Below, piece by piece: positions 51,261 through 51,563 of a stretch of DNA of 51,563 nucleotides. The DNA lies in contig NW_021834152.1 of the NCBI RefSeq assembly GCF_006345805.1, forward strand, positions 1-51,563. The letters run 5' to 3'. A program made the position numbers and the translations under genes. Below the pieces are notes generated by a model, which did no database searches, was not told the origin of the DNA, and saw nothing but the letters and a program-made list of their open reading frames with translations. Numbering within the stretch: position 1 is the first letter of the stretch; each line of letters opens with the position of its first letter. This DNA is from Octopus sinensis (lineage: Eukaryota).

Positions 51261-51563
51261 TGATGAAGGCTGGAGGGTATATCAGATAAATATCCGTCAA
51301 ATGTAAATAATGTAAATAAATACATTCCTGTTCTACGCTTTAGAGTGTTTCTTTTTCGGATATATGATCCACTAATGATATATATATATATATATAAGTA
51401 GAAACATTATTATTTCTAAATCTCTCAAAGAGAGATATTCAGGAACAGTTCTTTGAAGTAAAGTCTATTTGCCAACAGGAATCCCTGTTTGAAAATATAA
51501 GAACGCAGATATTGTGTCATATAGCCAAGTGAGAACGATGTTTCCTGGGGCTAAACAACAGTA

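Overview
This is AT-rich, microsatellite-saturated eukaryotic non-coding DNA, most likely intronic or intergenic octopus/coleoid sequence (inferred from its SINE, RTE and microsatellite content; not checked by a search). No host protein-coding exon could be identified with confidence. Nearly all ORFs in the supplied track are artefacts of simple repeats or SINEs. The window holds many tRNA-derived SINEs, labelled here family A (core GAGTTCAAATTCCGCCGAGGTCGACTTTGCCTTTCATCC), B (GGAGTGGCTGTGTGGTAAG...internal microsatellite...ATGACTGAAACAAGTA) and D. It also holds RTE-LINE 3' ends and their (GAT)n-tailed UTR fragments (family C), a CR1/L2-like fragment, and Tc1/mariner, pogo-like and TTAA-type MITEs. 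A decayed Penelope-like element with a GIY-YIG endonuclease lies at 27.8-29.5 kb. The most notable signals are: (1) five separate loci carrying minimal hammerhead-ribozyme folds of Penelope type, including a tRNA-headed unit with an intact core at 50.9-51.3 kb; (2) a recursive-splice-site-like AG|GTAAGT motif with a 61-nt cryptic exon at 46.4 kb on the minus strand; (3) several long foldback hairpins; and (4) SINE multimers that share a recurring junction.
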